From a virus (Duplodnaviria; Caudoviricetes): a stretch of 56,752 nt of DNA. Below the pieces are notes generated by a model. That model was not told the DNA's origin. It searched no databases and saw only the letters and a program-made list of their open reading frames with translations. The position numbers were made by a program, and so were the translations under genes. Below are positions 29,083 to 39,983 of the stretch, one piece after another. The DNA lies in IMG/VR virus record IMGVR_UViG_3300044699_000125, positions 1 through 56,752 of that record, one strand, 5' to 3'. The stretch's first letter is position 1. Every line of letters starts with the position of its first letter.

Positions 29083-30152
29083 CACAGACCCCTTGCTTTC
29101 CGCTGCTCGGATGCGGGTGTGTGGAACTTGTCGATGATGCGCTTGAAGAACTCCTCGCCCTTGTAGCGCACCACGTCCGCCGGGATCACGAACTCCCCGT
29201 CGGAGAGCCGTGCCTCGACTCGGTCGTCGATCCCGGAGCCGTCGCTCATGCCGCGCACCAGCCCAGCCTTGCGGGCCGCCGCCATAGACGGCAGGTCACC
29301 CACCGCGCCGGGTGCGGTAGGACCGCCGTCGGCCATCAGCCCAATCGCAGCCCCAGCCATCGACCCGACGGCGGACACCTTGTCTCCGTACAGCTTCGAC
29401 GCCGTGCCGTAGCCGGTCATGCGGGTGCTGAAGTCCTGCCCGTAGATGTTCCCGGCGGAGGTGTTGGCGTTGATGGCGTTGGAGAAATTCTGGTTGCCCA
29501 GTTGCCGAGTCATGGCCGCGTTCTGGGTCTGCCCGCCGATGTTCGCTACCCCGGCCTGACCGGCACCCAGCGCCAGTTGCGCCGCCTGCCCAGAGGCGGC
29601 CTGCGCGCCACGCCCTATGTTGGCGGCGTCGGCAGCCATCGCCATGCCCATCGCTCGGCTCTGCATCCGGGAGGTGTTCATGGCTCCGGCCTTCGCCAGC
29701 GCCTCCTCGTCGCCCAGCGTGCCCGCCGCGCGCATCGCCGTGGACGAGTTCGGGTTCAGCCCGTAGCGGGAGAGTTCCCTCGCGTTCTGCGCCCTCTGTG
29801 CCCCGAACGCCTGCTCGACGTCGGCCCCGGCCTGACCGGCCATCCGCTCGCGCTCGGCGTCGGCGTTGAAGTTCAACGCATCGGCGACGATCTTCTCCTC
29901 CAGCGGCTTGAACGACTCCTTCCAGTATTCGTACTGCTCTGTGGAACGAGCCTCCTGCGTGTCAGCTATCCGTAGCTGCTGCTGGAAGATCGGGGTCAGC
30001 ATCTGGCGGTCCTGCGCCGCGTTCTGCTTCGCCCACTCGAACTGCTCGCGGCCAAGGGCCATCTGTTCCATGGCGATGCGTTCGTTGGCCTGCGCCGCTG
30101 CGATCATCCCCGGATTCGGGTCCGGTTGCTTCGGCTCGCTGCAAAATCCCAT
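29082..30152 (-). CDS. Putative DNA pilot/ejection protein
   Basis: Ala/Gln/Gly-rich helical body; C-terminal DDRVEARLSDGEFVIPADVV. Confidence 0.7.
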   Translation of the reverse strand: MGFCSEPKQPDPNPGMIAAAQANERIAMEQMALGREQFEWAKQNAAQDRQMLTPIFQQQLRIADTQEARSTEQYEYWKESFKPLEEKIVADALNFNADAERERMAGQAGADVEQAFGAQRAQNARELSRYGLNPNSSTAMRAAGTLGDEEALAKAGAMNTSRMQSRAMGMAMAADAANIGRGAQAASGQAAQLALGAGQAGVANIGGQTQNAAMTRQLGNQNFSNAINANTSAGNIYGQDFSTRMTGYGTASKLYGDKVSAVGSMAGAAIGLMADGGPTAPGAVGDLPSMAAARKAGLVRGMSDGSGIDDRVEARLSDGEFVIPADVVRYKGEEFFKRIIDKFHTPASEQRKARGL

Positions 30153-30615
30153 GGCTCTCTCCCACAGACTTGATGTAGTCCTGCCACGGCTCGCTGTGGC
30201 ATTCCCGGCGAACCTCGACCCCGACCTGCACCGCCCACTCCGGCCCGCCACAGAGCAACGCCACCTGCTGGATCAGGTCAGCATAGCTGGAGCGGATCAC
30301 AAAGGCCACTCTGAAATCGACCTCACCGACCGGGAATTCCTCCATTGCATTAGCCACTTGCCAGTTGACGACGGCGTTGGTGACCAGCGGCTGGAGTTCC
30401 CAGAAGAACTTGCGGTAGAACTCGTTGCGCGGCAGCACGATCATCGTCTTCCACAGTGCCTCGTACAGATCGTGGCGGTTGATGGTGACGTCCTTGTCGT
30501 ACAGATCGTCGAAGAAGTGCGCGGCCTCTGTGATGGTGACGAGGAACGCGGCAGCGTCGGCGTTGCCCTTGCAACACTTGCCGATGAACTCGGCGAATTC
30601 CTTCTCTGTTTTCAT
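29962..30615 (-). CDS. Helical protein with DDxxD motif (3' end uncertain)
   Basis: HFFDDLYDKD...LPRNEFY; AGGAGCC RBS. Confidence 0.65.
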   Translation of the reverse strand: MKTEKEFAEFIGKCCKGNADAAAFLVTITEAAHFFDDLYDKDVTINRHDLYEALWKTMIVLPRNEFYRKFFWELQPLVTNAVVNWQVANAMEEFPVGEVDFRVAFVIRSSYADLIQQVALLCGGPEWAVQVGVEVRRECHSEPWQDYIKSVGESHGILQRAEATGPESGDDRSGAGQRTHRHGTDGPWPRAVRVGEAERGAGPPDADPDLPAAATDS

Positions 30616-30815
30616 GGCTCCTCTGTCCGGTGTGGGTACTTGGTCTGTACTGCCTTGATCTGCTTCATCATCAGCAGTACCTCGTTGCTGAATTGGGTCC
30701 CGTCGTGCAACTCGCCCAGCGCCTTCCAGATCATCTCCAGTTGCGTCTGTAACGCCGGGTACTCGGCCTCGCGCTTGCGCAGCACGTCACCGTAGTGGGT
30801 GACCGTCTGGGTCAT
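30612..30815 (-). CDS. Small tail-fibre-associated protein
   Basis: R..EYP....QL...W....IKAVQTKYP pattern, downstream of the fibre gene. Confidence 0.6.
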   Translation of the reverse strand: MTQTVTHYGDVLRKREAEYPALQTQLEMIWKALGELHDGTQFSNEVLLMMKQIKAVQTKYPHRTEEP

Positions 30816-31168
30816 GGCTTCACCACGGTAAAGGTGGCGTCCTGATACGGGAACGATTCCAGCAGCACAGAGTAGGTCCCCGGCAGCGGCAGGTTCAACT
30901 CCACGATGTTGTCGTAGACCTCGTAGCGTTGGTGGTCGATGACAATCGTGGACGGCAGCGGCACGTCGTGCAACTCCATGCCGATCAGCACTGCCGGGTT
31001 GGGATCGCGCGACACCACCCTGCCATCGACTACGCAGAATAGACTGTGATCGTGGATACCGAGGACGTACGGCTCCGCCTCGAACTCAAGCGCGCTCGGA
31101 TGTGCAGTCTTCCGCAACCGTAGGCGTCCGGTGCTTGCGTCGTAGGTGGTGTATTCGATGCTGCTCAT
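30812..31168 (-). CDS. Tail-associated protein
   Basis: MSSIEYTTYDASTGR...PGTYSV...FPYQD. Confidence 0.65.
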   Translation of the reverse strand: MSSIEYTTYDASTGRLRLRKTAHPSALEFEAEPYVLGIHDHSLFCVVDGRVVSRDPNPAVLIGMELHDVPLPSTIVIDHQRYEVYDNIVELNLPLPGTYSVLLESFPYQDATFTVVKP

Positions 31169-34100
31169 TTCTGCATCGCCTGCACGGTCATCACCTGATT
31201 CCAGATGAGATTGTTGGCCGACGATCCGAAGGTCTGTCGCCCGGTCAGCTTGAATCGGTAGTTCTGCACAACCGGTGTCGCGGGTGGCGTCCACGGTGGA
31301 ACGGTGGCTTCCGTGAACGTGAACACCGCCGTCTGTGCAAAGCGCGGCTGGTTGTTGATGATGCCGATCACGAAGGTCTTGGAGTATGTCGCTCCCGACG
31401 CTATGTTCTGCATGGTGCAGGTCAGCGTGATGCTGGCACCCGAACTCCCGGCAGCTTGCTCCAGTTCGCAAGTGAACATGCAGATCAGTGTCGGTGCCGT
31501 CTGTTCCAGCGGGATCGACGAGAACCATCCGCCGCCACCCGGCGCACCCAACAGCACCGTGTCGCCAGCGGCGTTCACGATCTGGCTGCCGTTCGCCACC
31601 GGCCACCCGGCGGTGGTCGGCACCACCACGGCGAAATCCTTGATCTTGAACGAAGCCACTTGCAGGTCGGCGATCTTCGCCGTGGCGATGGCGGCGTCTC
31701 TAATCAGTGCGGTGGTGATCTGTGCCAGACCGATCTGTGCCGTGCCAATGGCAGCGCCGGAGATGTAGGTCGTGATGTTGCCAGCGTTGATCGGATTGCC
31801 CTGCATGACCACGTTCAGCACAGAGCCGTTCGCACCTACCAACTCGATGTTGGCACCGTTGCGCTGAATCGTGATGTTGCTGTTGGCGACGGTGGGCGGA
31901 GGCGTGCCCACCATGCTCGCCCAGTCGATACCGGCACCGGACGACAGGATGAGATTGTTGGTTGGGCCGTAGATCGAGAGTGCGCTGCCGTCCCACTGCA
32001 TCCGACTGCCCGCTGCATTGCCCACGCGCATCCGGCCCAGACCGCCGACCGCGCCGTCGAGGAAGAAGCCGTTGCCGCTGGTGAAGGTCTGTGCTGGTGC
32101 CGCTGCACCCGAGTACAGCGTGTTGTTGGTCATGTTGATGCCGCCGATGCTGCCAGCGGTACCGACGATCCAACCGATCACCTTGAAATTGGTGCCGTCC
32201 CACAGAGCGTGGCTGACGTTGGAGTTGCCGATGAAGAACTTGAAGGTTCCTGCATCGTTGCCCATCCAGTAGCCACTGCCGAAGCCGGTGGTTCCCGGCG
32301 GCACCACCGGTGTGCCCGGACTCGGGTCATCTAGTTGCTGGACGGTGACGTTGCCGCCCCAGATGATCCCCGACTGGACGTAGATGCCAACGTCGATGGT
32401 GCCCGCCGCAATCTTGTTGGCAGTCAGATTCTCAATCTGTGCGCTGACGATGGTGGCTTCGGCGATGTTGGCCGTCTGCATCCACACACCCGGCGGATAC
32501 AGCTTGCCGTCGATCATGGTGGCGCTGGTGGTGGCGATGAACGGCAGACGCGCGTTCAAGTCCATCCACCACGCATCATCCTCAACTCGGTAAGCACCCC
32601 ACACTGGCGTATGTGATTCTCCCGGCGGTCCTTGCGATTGCCGCGCTTGGAAGACGTGGTACGGGCCGGTGCCGGGAGTCTGTTGCTTTCGCACCAGATC
32701 GTTTCTGGCGTACAGCGCACCGCTGCTGTAGATCGGTCCCGGCATGGCCGGGGCGATGGCGAACTTGTCGGCGTTGACGATGAACAGAGAAGTCGGCACA
32801 GCATTGCCGAGGGTGGACGCCAGACCGAAGCCGGAGACGTAGCCGTTGACGTCGATCTTCACCGTCCACTGCGCCAACAGACCGTCGCTCACGTCCTTCA
32901 TGGACACGAAGTGCTGCTCGACGGTGGCGTGATTGGTGCCGCCATCGACCGCGATACCCACCTGCTTCACGCTCTGTGCGAACGGCAGCCCGCGATGCCA
33001 CGTCACCGTTTGCGTCGGATGGTCGAGGTTCCACTTCTTCGCGCTGTTGGCGTAGTCGCCGTGACCGGCATCGACGTTGTTCCAGATCAGCCCCGCCTGC
33101 ATCGAATACAGAGCCAGCGAGTCCCAGCGAAGAGGTGGCGTCAAGCGTGGCGTAGCCGATCTTGGTCTGTTCCAACTCGATCACGGCGGCGGTGTTGTCG
33201 TCACCGGCAAAGTCCACCCACACCGATGCCGCACCGTTCCAGCGCCACGGGTGATTGGCATCGTCGCTGTCGTACCAGAGGTCGCCGTCGCGCATGATGC
33301 GACCGGTGTCGTCCACCCACTCGCCCGCGACGTTGCTCACCGGATCGTCGGGGCGGTGATAAATCTTCTGGCCCTCGACCACGAACTCCACCCACACCGT
33401 GCCGCTCCAGCGCCAGCTTGCGTAGCCCGCGTCGGTCTCGTACCAGATGTCGCCGCTCAACAGCGGGATGCCGCCCACGCTACCGGTACCGCCATCGGGC
33501 GGATCGTCGTCGAAGAACACCCGGTTGCCGCTCGCGCCGCGCGACTCCAGCACCCGAATCGAGGTGGCCTGATTCTCTGTGACCGAGTTCAGGGTCAGCA
33601 GGTACGACGTGTTCTCGTTGGTCGTAACCCGCAACTCGTTGAGTTCCGATTGCAGCGCCCGGTTGGCGACGTACGAGTCGGTCTGTATCTTGCCGATCTG
33701 CTGGGTCAACGATCCCCACAGAGACGACGCGGCGATGTCCGCCGACAACGCTTCCAGCGTGGCGACCACGTCTATCGCCGACTGCCCGTAGGTGCCCGAG
33801 GTCGAGTTGTAGGGGCCGGTGACGTTGGCCTTGGAGACGTAGCGGACCCAGTAGTAGTAGCCGGTGTACGGCTCCACCGGATCGGAGAACATGACCGTTA
33901 CAGAGGTCCCCACCAGAATCGCAGCGCCGAGGTTATCTGTCGTTGCGCGCCATATCTCTGTGATCGCCGGGTTGGCGTAGCCGCCGCCCCACGTCAGGTA
34001 GATGACCGAGAACCCGCCGCGTGCGACGAGGTTCTGCGGAGCCGGTGGCGTGCCAAAGTCTGTGGAGGGGTTGTAGCCGGGACCGTAAATGTCGCCGCCG

Positions 34101-34323
34101 CCCGGTGGCGTGACCGGAATCTCGGTGCCGGTGCTGGTGGTGGACTTGCCCTCGCCCACCAACCCCATGTCTTGCAGGGCACGGTAGGTAATGTGACCGT
34201 CGAGCGCGTCACCGGAGCGGCCCTCTCGGACCTCCAGCGTCTTCTTGATCGCAGCCACCACATCCGCGAGGTTGTCCGCACGGATTTCCGGATGCCCGGA
34301 GTCTTGGTGGCGCGATTCTTCAC
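31165..34323 (-). CDS. Tail tip / host-specificity fibre with DUF1983-like segment (frameshifted)
   Basis: FN3-like N-terminal part (YYYWVRYVS..GPYN), GDIWY/GDLWY repeats, AQWTVKIDVNGYVSGFGLAS..FIVNADKFAI; ORFs 32582..34375 and 31165..33144. Confidence 0.8.
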
Positions 34324-37074
34324 GCTGACTGCAACTCAAGCGCGCTGGTGGCGACGAACGCCTCCAGCACATCAACCTGCGTTTCGATCTCGATCTCCCA
34401 GTCCATCTGCTTGAACCCGGCAGGCAGCCGGAATTCGTTCGGACTGGTCACCAGCTTGGTATAGCGCAGCACGCCGTCCGCGTACACACGCAACGTCGGG
34501 GCGGGCGAGTACGCGCGACAGATGATCTGTGCAAAGCCGAAGTTCTCGTGTCGCTCCTGACGGAACACCTTGCTCCGCCACACCGCGTTCAGCTTGGCCC
34601 CGTCGTCGAAGCGCACAATCTCGGTGCCCTGTGCGAAGTACAGGATGTCGGTTTGTGGCGAGTAGTGCCCGCCGTGATAGGCACGGCAGCGTTGATGTTG
34701 GCAGTGGTGAACACGGCACCGGTACCGGCAAGGTCGAACATCAGCACGCCACGCAACGGGTCGGTGTCGGTGCCGCTGTTGTACATGACGATCATGCGAC
34801 CGTTGTGGATGTATGCCTCCATCGACTCCGGCTTGTACGCTTGCCACTGTGCGCGAGTGAGGATGCCGATGGTGACCAGCGTGGTGCTGCCGCCCAGCAT
34901 GACCATCCCATCCGGGGCCGCGTACACCACGCCGTCCCCCGTCTCGACGATGGACCGCTTGTTCACGCACGCCTCCGGCAGCAGCACCTTCTGTGACGCC
35001 ATGGCCGCCGGGTCGATGCCCGAGAAGATGTACGGGAAGCCGTTGGTCAGCACCGCCACCGACTGGCCGAAGGTGCCGATGCCGATGATGGTGTCGTCGA
35101 TGGGGTACTCGTGAGGCCATGCGTGGGGCAGGTTCGGCTCCGAGAAATACAGAGAATTGCCGACGAATCCCACCGCGCAGCCATTTGCCATCATGCGCAG
35201 GCCCTTCAGTCCCACCGGCGGCGCAATCCAGCCATCCGACGGCAGCAACTCAGACAATTCTGAGGTCGGCACAGTGTCTATGTATTCGCCGGTCGCAACG
35301 GGCATCTCGCCGACGTACTGGAACTTGGTCCTCTGTGATCCGGTCGCCGACCGGTAGATGCGCTTCTTGGTGAGGTTGTAGTTGCCCCCCGGCGGGTTGG
35401 GCACGGTCAGCGTCACATCCTCCTCCGGGTTGCAGGAGATCACCTCCGATCGGGCGACGGCGGGCCTTCCTCGTCGTAGGCGGTGACGTAGGTGTAGACG
35501 TAGTGCGGCTCTCCGGGACCACAGAGGGCGGGACCTTGGCGGTGGCGGTACCGGTGTTGGCCGGAGATGGCGGCAGCCCCTGCAACGCAGCCGGATAGCC
35601 ACCGCCGGGAAGGTCGGCGGTCTTGGCAACGTCTGTTGCGGAGGTCGCGCTCGCCATGTTCTCGGCGACGAACTTCCAGTTGGCATCGTTGGTAACGATG
35701 ATCCCGCTCGATACCGTGATGTCCTGCCGGTACAGACGCTTCTTGGTGACCCCGGACGGGATCGGTTCCGAGTGATACAGAGACACCGATGTGACGCCGT
35801 CGATGAACCTCCACCAGTTCGCTGTCGGGACTCTTCGGACTCTCCTTGTTGGAGACGTCGATGAAGGTCACCATGTACATGCGCTTCAGCTTCGACCCCA
35901 CCGTGCTGCTGTTCACAGACACGCTGGCGATGGGCGGCGAAGTGTCGTCGGGTCCGTCCCACGATCCCAGCGACTCGCCCAGTTGCCGGGTCTTCATGTT
36001 GTCGGTGAGCGAGGTCTGGGTCACCGGAATCTGTTCCACCAGACGGTAACTCTGTTCCCCAGCGTTCATCCGGTACACGTTGAACATCGTGCCTTCGGCA
36101 GCGGTGTTGACGAGGCCAGAGATGGTGACCGTCTGTGATTCGTCAGCCATGATCGACATCATCGGCGACGGTGCCGACTTGTTGTAGGTGACGCCGCCGT
36201 GCACGAGGTGCGCCACCACATAGACGTAGTGACGGAGGATCGGGGTGGTCGTCCCCTCGTCGGTGGAGATCGGCACCGCCGTGATGACCGGCGGGTACAG
36301 AGGCGGGAACGGGGTATCCACGCCGATGGTGAGCGCAGGCAACAGAGCCGCTTCGGCGTCGGTGGCCTCGTCCACATACTCGGGTTCGAGGATGTCGATC
36401 TCGGCGAGGCGACGATAGGTCTTGGTAGTCGCAGGCGTCGGGTCCGGCACCAGCCGGTACAGACGCTTGTGGGTGATCCCGCTGTCGCCCTTGTTGGTGG
36501 TGGGCAGGCTGGAGAAGGTCACCGGTTCGCCATCTACCGCCCGCACCGTGGTCGGCTTGCACGGCGTGGACTCCTTGCTGGTGGCGCTCTTCCAGTAGGT
36601 GAGGACGTAGTTGCGCGAGATGGTGGTGATCTCGGTCGGCTCTGTGAAGTCGGTAACGGTCGGCGCGGTACTCGGCTCCGGCACCCCGAGGTCGTAGCCA
36701 TGACCGGGCAGCGAGCCGTCGGCAGCAGCCACGATCACCATCTCGGCAGGTGCGTACTTGGGTTGCAGATCGCCGTCGGTCCAGTACAGACGGTTCCACT
36801 GGTCCTGCGCAATGGGGCTGCGCATGACGTCGGTGTCCTTGTCGAACTCCAGCCAGTACGACTCCGGGGGCTGGTTGTTCTCTGGATCGAAGCGGTAGAT
36901 GGTCTTCGGCTCGACCTTGAACAGAGAGCGAAGCACAGTGCTGGTCTTCAGGGGCCGCAGTGCGCCCGTGTTCAGCATGACGTTGTCGGCGCGCTGTGCG
37001 TCAGCGTTTTCCAACAGCACCGGCTCGGAGATCGGCTTCAGCCCGTTGAACGTCTTCAGCAAGATCGCGGCCAT
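34320..37074 (-). CDS. Tail nozzle/tubular-type structural protein (several frameshifts)
   Basis: MAAILLKTFNG...RLYWTDG...YVYTYVTAYDEEGPPS...LYFSEPNLPHAWP...WRSKVF...FRLPAG. Confidence 0.8.
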
Positions 37075-37083
37075 GGTCGTCTC

Positions 37084-37147
37084 AAAAAGCCTCTGGGCAA
37101 CAGACGTTGCATCCCGGACAGGAACAGAGCAGGTCGATGCCCAGAGG
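37084..37147 (-). terminator. Stem-loop with U-tract
   Basis: CCTCTGGGCA (37090-37099) / TGCCCAGAGG (37138-37147), then CTTTTT on the minus strand; large loop. Confidence 0.45.
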
Positions 37148-37157
37148 GGGAGGTTAA

Positions 37158-37779
37158 CTACTTCGGCTGCGTCGGCTTGTTGCCGCCGCCCTGCGACGCG
37201 GCGACGTACACCAGCACCGGCTTGCTGCCCGGACGCCACGCGATGGCAGGCACCGCATCCTTGAACGCCCCGCCCGCATCCGACTTCGGCTGACCGCCGG
37301 GGATCGGCACCACCAGCGTGGACCCCGTCGGCAGGCTCGGCAGGTAGATCGGCTGCGTCGGCACCCCCGGTCCCGCCGAGTTGGGCGGGATGTAGATCGG
37401 CGGGGCCACGGCACCGGGCGGGAGCGGCGGCAGCGTGTTGTCCACGACGGGCGGCGGCAGCGGCGTGTCCGGGTAGTAGATCGGCGGCGACGGAATCACC
37501 GGCGGGGGTCGGCAGTGCGTTGCCGGGATGGCCGGGGCTGCCGGGGAGTCCTTGGTCAGGACGCCCACCGGGATACGGCAGACCTTGGTCGGGGTGGCCG
37601 CCGGGGTAGATCGGGCCGGTGGAGACGTACGGCGGGAAGCCGGGGAGGCCCTGCGACGGGTGTCCCGGTCCCCACGGCAGACCTTGGTCGGGACGCGGCC
37701 CGCCGCCGGGACGTCCGTAGCCGGGGTCGATGGGACCTGCGTCGTCTTCGATGATGATGAGAGCGCGGACTGCCTTCAT
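37158..37779 (-). CDS. Pro/Gly-rich repeat protein (frameshift near 37,500)
   Basis: Repeated [RH]PDQGLP and PPIY motifs; AAGGA RBS. Confidence 0.7.
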
Positions 37780-37791
37780 GGGTGAATCCTT

Positions 37792-38034
37792 TCAGAGTTT
37801 ACGGATGATGATGGAAAGCAAAGCGACCAGTACGGTGCTGATGACCAACGCAGCGATTCCGAACGCGATTAGCTTTACCGGGGTGAACTCGTGCTTGGTA
37901 ACGAGTTCGTTCTTGAACAGCCATGTGAGCATCCGCACTTTTGCGTTGAGGACTGCGACTTGGGTGCGTAGGCTGCCACGAGAATTATCCTCCTTCTCCT
38001 CGAATGCGTTGTCGTTGTCCTCTGCCACAATCAT
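37792..38034 (-). CDS. Small membrane protein (possibly lysis-related)
   Basis: C-terminal TM LIAFGIAALVISTVLVALLSIIIRKL. Confidence 0.6.
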   Translation of the reverse strand: MIVAEDNDNAFEEKEDNSRGSLRTQVAVLNAKVRMLTWLFKNELVTKHEFTPVKLIAFGIAALVISTVLVALLSIIIRKL

Positions 38035-39056
38035 TCTCTGTACAGCGCCAGCAGTAAGTCCTCGCCTTCGACCCGGACCCGGAGGAACTTGACCGGCGTG
38101 GCGCTGGGTCGCTCCGCCTCGGTCTTGCCGTAGCCCACGCTGAACGCCCACGGCACGTCCTGTGTGAACGCCGCCCATGTCGGCGCACCGTTCTGCCAGA
38201 TCATGCCGTTGCTCATGTTCACGTCGAAGCGCGGCGACTCGCCGTTGTGCACCGCGAACATCCCGGTCATGGACTCGAACTTGAGGTTACAGACATCGAC
38301 GCCGATGGCGTTCTGTGCCTGCGGAACACCGGACAGCACGATGCTCTGGTCGCAGGCCAGCATGATCGCGGCGTCCCGATACTTCCCCCACGTCAGGTCG
38401 ATGCCGACGTCGAACTCGGTCAGTTGCCCCGGCGCTCCCTGCACACCGCCCATGTGATACGGCGGGTTGCCGAACTGGATGCCGCGCCCGAACGTGCCAC
38501 CCGAGTGCAGGATGGTCAGCCCGTAGTCCAGCTTGCCCTGCTGCGCGCGAGCGACGTACGCCGCCATGCGCCCGGTCGGCTGCTGCTTCCAGCACTCCGC
38601 GCTCATGCCGTAGGTGGAGTGCCCGGTCTGTTCGCTGCCGACGTGATAGGCGTCCACATGCAAGCCGAAGCCACCGACGTCGCGTCCGTTGTTGTAGATG
38701 CCGAAGTAGGCCGCACAGGCGTCGTTGATCGGTGCCCCGTTCTTCTGCTGCGTCGTTTCCAGTTGCGCGCGGATGGCCCCGGTCAAGGTGCCGAACATCC
38801 CGCAGTTGCCCTCTGCTCTGTGCTGTAGGTAGGCGGCGAAGTTGCCTCCCCACGAGGCGCTGGCCGGTGGCTCGCTGGCAACGTCGGTGACCTTGCGCAT
38901 GTCGTGCAGGGCCACATAGTTGTTCTCCAGCAGGATCGCGCTGTCCTTGATGTCGAGGCCAGCGTTGGAGCGCGACGTTACAGAGGGGACGCTGCGCGCC
39001 GCCTTCTTGGTGAAGGTGTGGTACCCGGTCCAGTCGTGGTTGGCTGAGTCAGTCAC
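38031..39056 (-). CDS. Beta-rich virion/fibre-like protein
   Basis: 341-aa Gly/aromatic-rich ORF in the tail operon. Confidence 0.6.
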   Translation of the reverse strand: MTDSANHDWTGYHTFTKKAARSVPSVTSRSNAGLDIKDSAILLENNYVALHDMRKVTDVASEPPASASWGGNFAAYLQHRAEGNCGMFGTLTGAIRAQLETTQQKNGAPINDACAAYFGIYNNGRDVGGFGLHVDAYHVGSEQTGHSTYGMSAECWKQQPTGRMAAYVARAQQGKLDYGLTILHSGGTFGRGIQFGNPPYHMGGVQGAPGQLTEFDVGIDLTWGKYRDAAIMLACDQSIVLSGVPQAQNAIGVDVCNLKFESMTGMFAVHNGESPRFDVNMSNGMIWQNGAPTWAAFTQDVPWAFSVGYGKTEAERPSATPVKFLRVRVEGEDLLLALYRE

Positions 39057-39868
39057 TTGCGCACCGCCTTCTTCACCGCCCTCGGCTGGTCACGCCTCGG
39101 CAGCGGCCCGCCGCGCTGGAACGTCGCAGGACTTGCGGACCACAGATACGCAGTCACCCGCTCGCCACATCCGCCATCCTCGCTGCAAGTGTTCTTGCCC
39201 GACGACGACAGGTTGCGGAACATGAAGAACCACGTCTCGCCGACGGCCATGTTCACTGCCTCGGTGCCGTTCACAGAGACGTACACGCTGGGCGAGGAGT
39301 TGCTGCCCTCCATGGTGCTGCCGTCCATCAGGCACTTGGTCTTGCTCGCCCACACCGTCTTGTAGTGCGCCGCAGTGCCATGCTCAACGATGTTGATGTG
39401 CGACTTCTTCCCGGCGTCGGCAGCGGTGATCGTGGTCCGCACGATGAACACTTCCTTGTCGCCACGCCCGAGACGAATGTCCATCGTCTTCTGTTCACTG
39501 AACGAGAACTCGCCACCATCAGCCACTTTCAAATCGCCGCAACTTACAGAGGGTGGTTCGACCGGTGGCGTGCACGGTGCGCAACCTGCGGGTACCGTGG
39601 CCGGACACACCGGCGGCGTGGGCGCACAGACCGGCGGCGGCTGCGTACACGCAGCACATCCGGGTAGCGGCTGGGTCGGACACACCGGCGGAACCGCAGG
39701 ACACACGGGCGGCGCAGTCCCGCCACAGGTCACCGTGAAGCCGGATAGCGTGGGTGTGCAATTCGGCGGCAGCGGCGATGTCAACGTCTGTGCAAAGGCG
39801 ATGCTGGTTCCCCAGAAGCCGAGAGCCATCCCTAATCCAACCCAGATCAGCAAGCGTGCACCCTTCAT
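39053..39868 (-). CDS. Signal-peptide protein with Cys/Pro repeats
   Basis: MKGARLLIWVGLGMALGFWGTSIAFA; PPVC repeated four times. Confidence 0.75.
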   Translation of the reverse strand: MKGARLLIWVGLGMALGFWGTSIAFAQTLTSPLPPNCTPTLSGFTVTCGGTAPPVCPAVPPVCPTQPLPGCAACTQPPPVCAPTPPVCPATVPAGCAPCTPPVEPPSVSCGDLKVADGGEFSFSEQKTMDIRLGRGDKEVFIVRTTITAADAGKKSHINIVEHGTAAHYKTVWASKTKCLMDGSTMEGSNSSPSVYVSVNGTEAVNMAVGETWFFMFRNLSSSGKNTCSEDGGCGERVTAYLWSASPATFQRGGPLPRRDQPRAVKKAVRK

Positions 39869-39983
39869 GGCTATCTCCCAAAAGCGTAGAAAACGGCTAC
39901 GGCACAGAGAACGACGAGAATGATCGAGACGACGATCACTCCGTACGCCAAGTTACGCTCGAACCGGTCTTGTCGCTCGTCGT

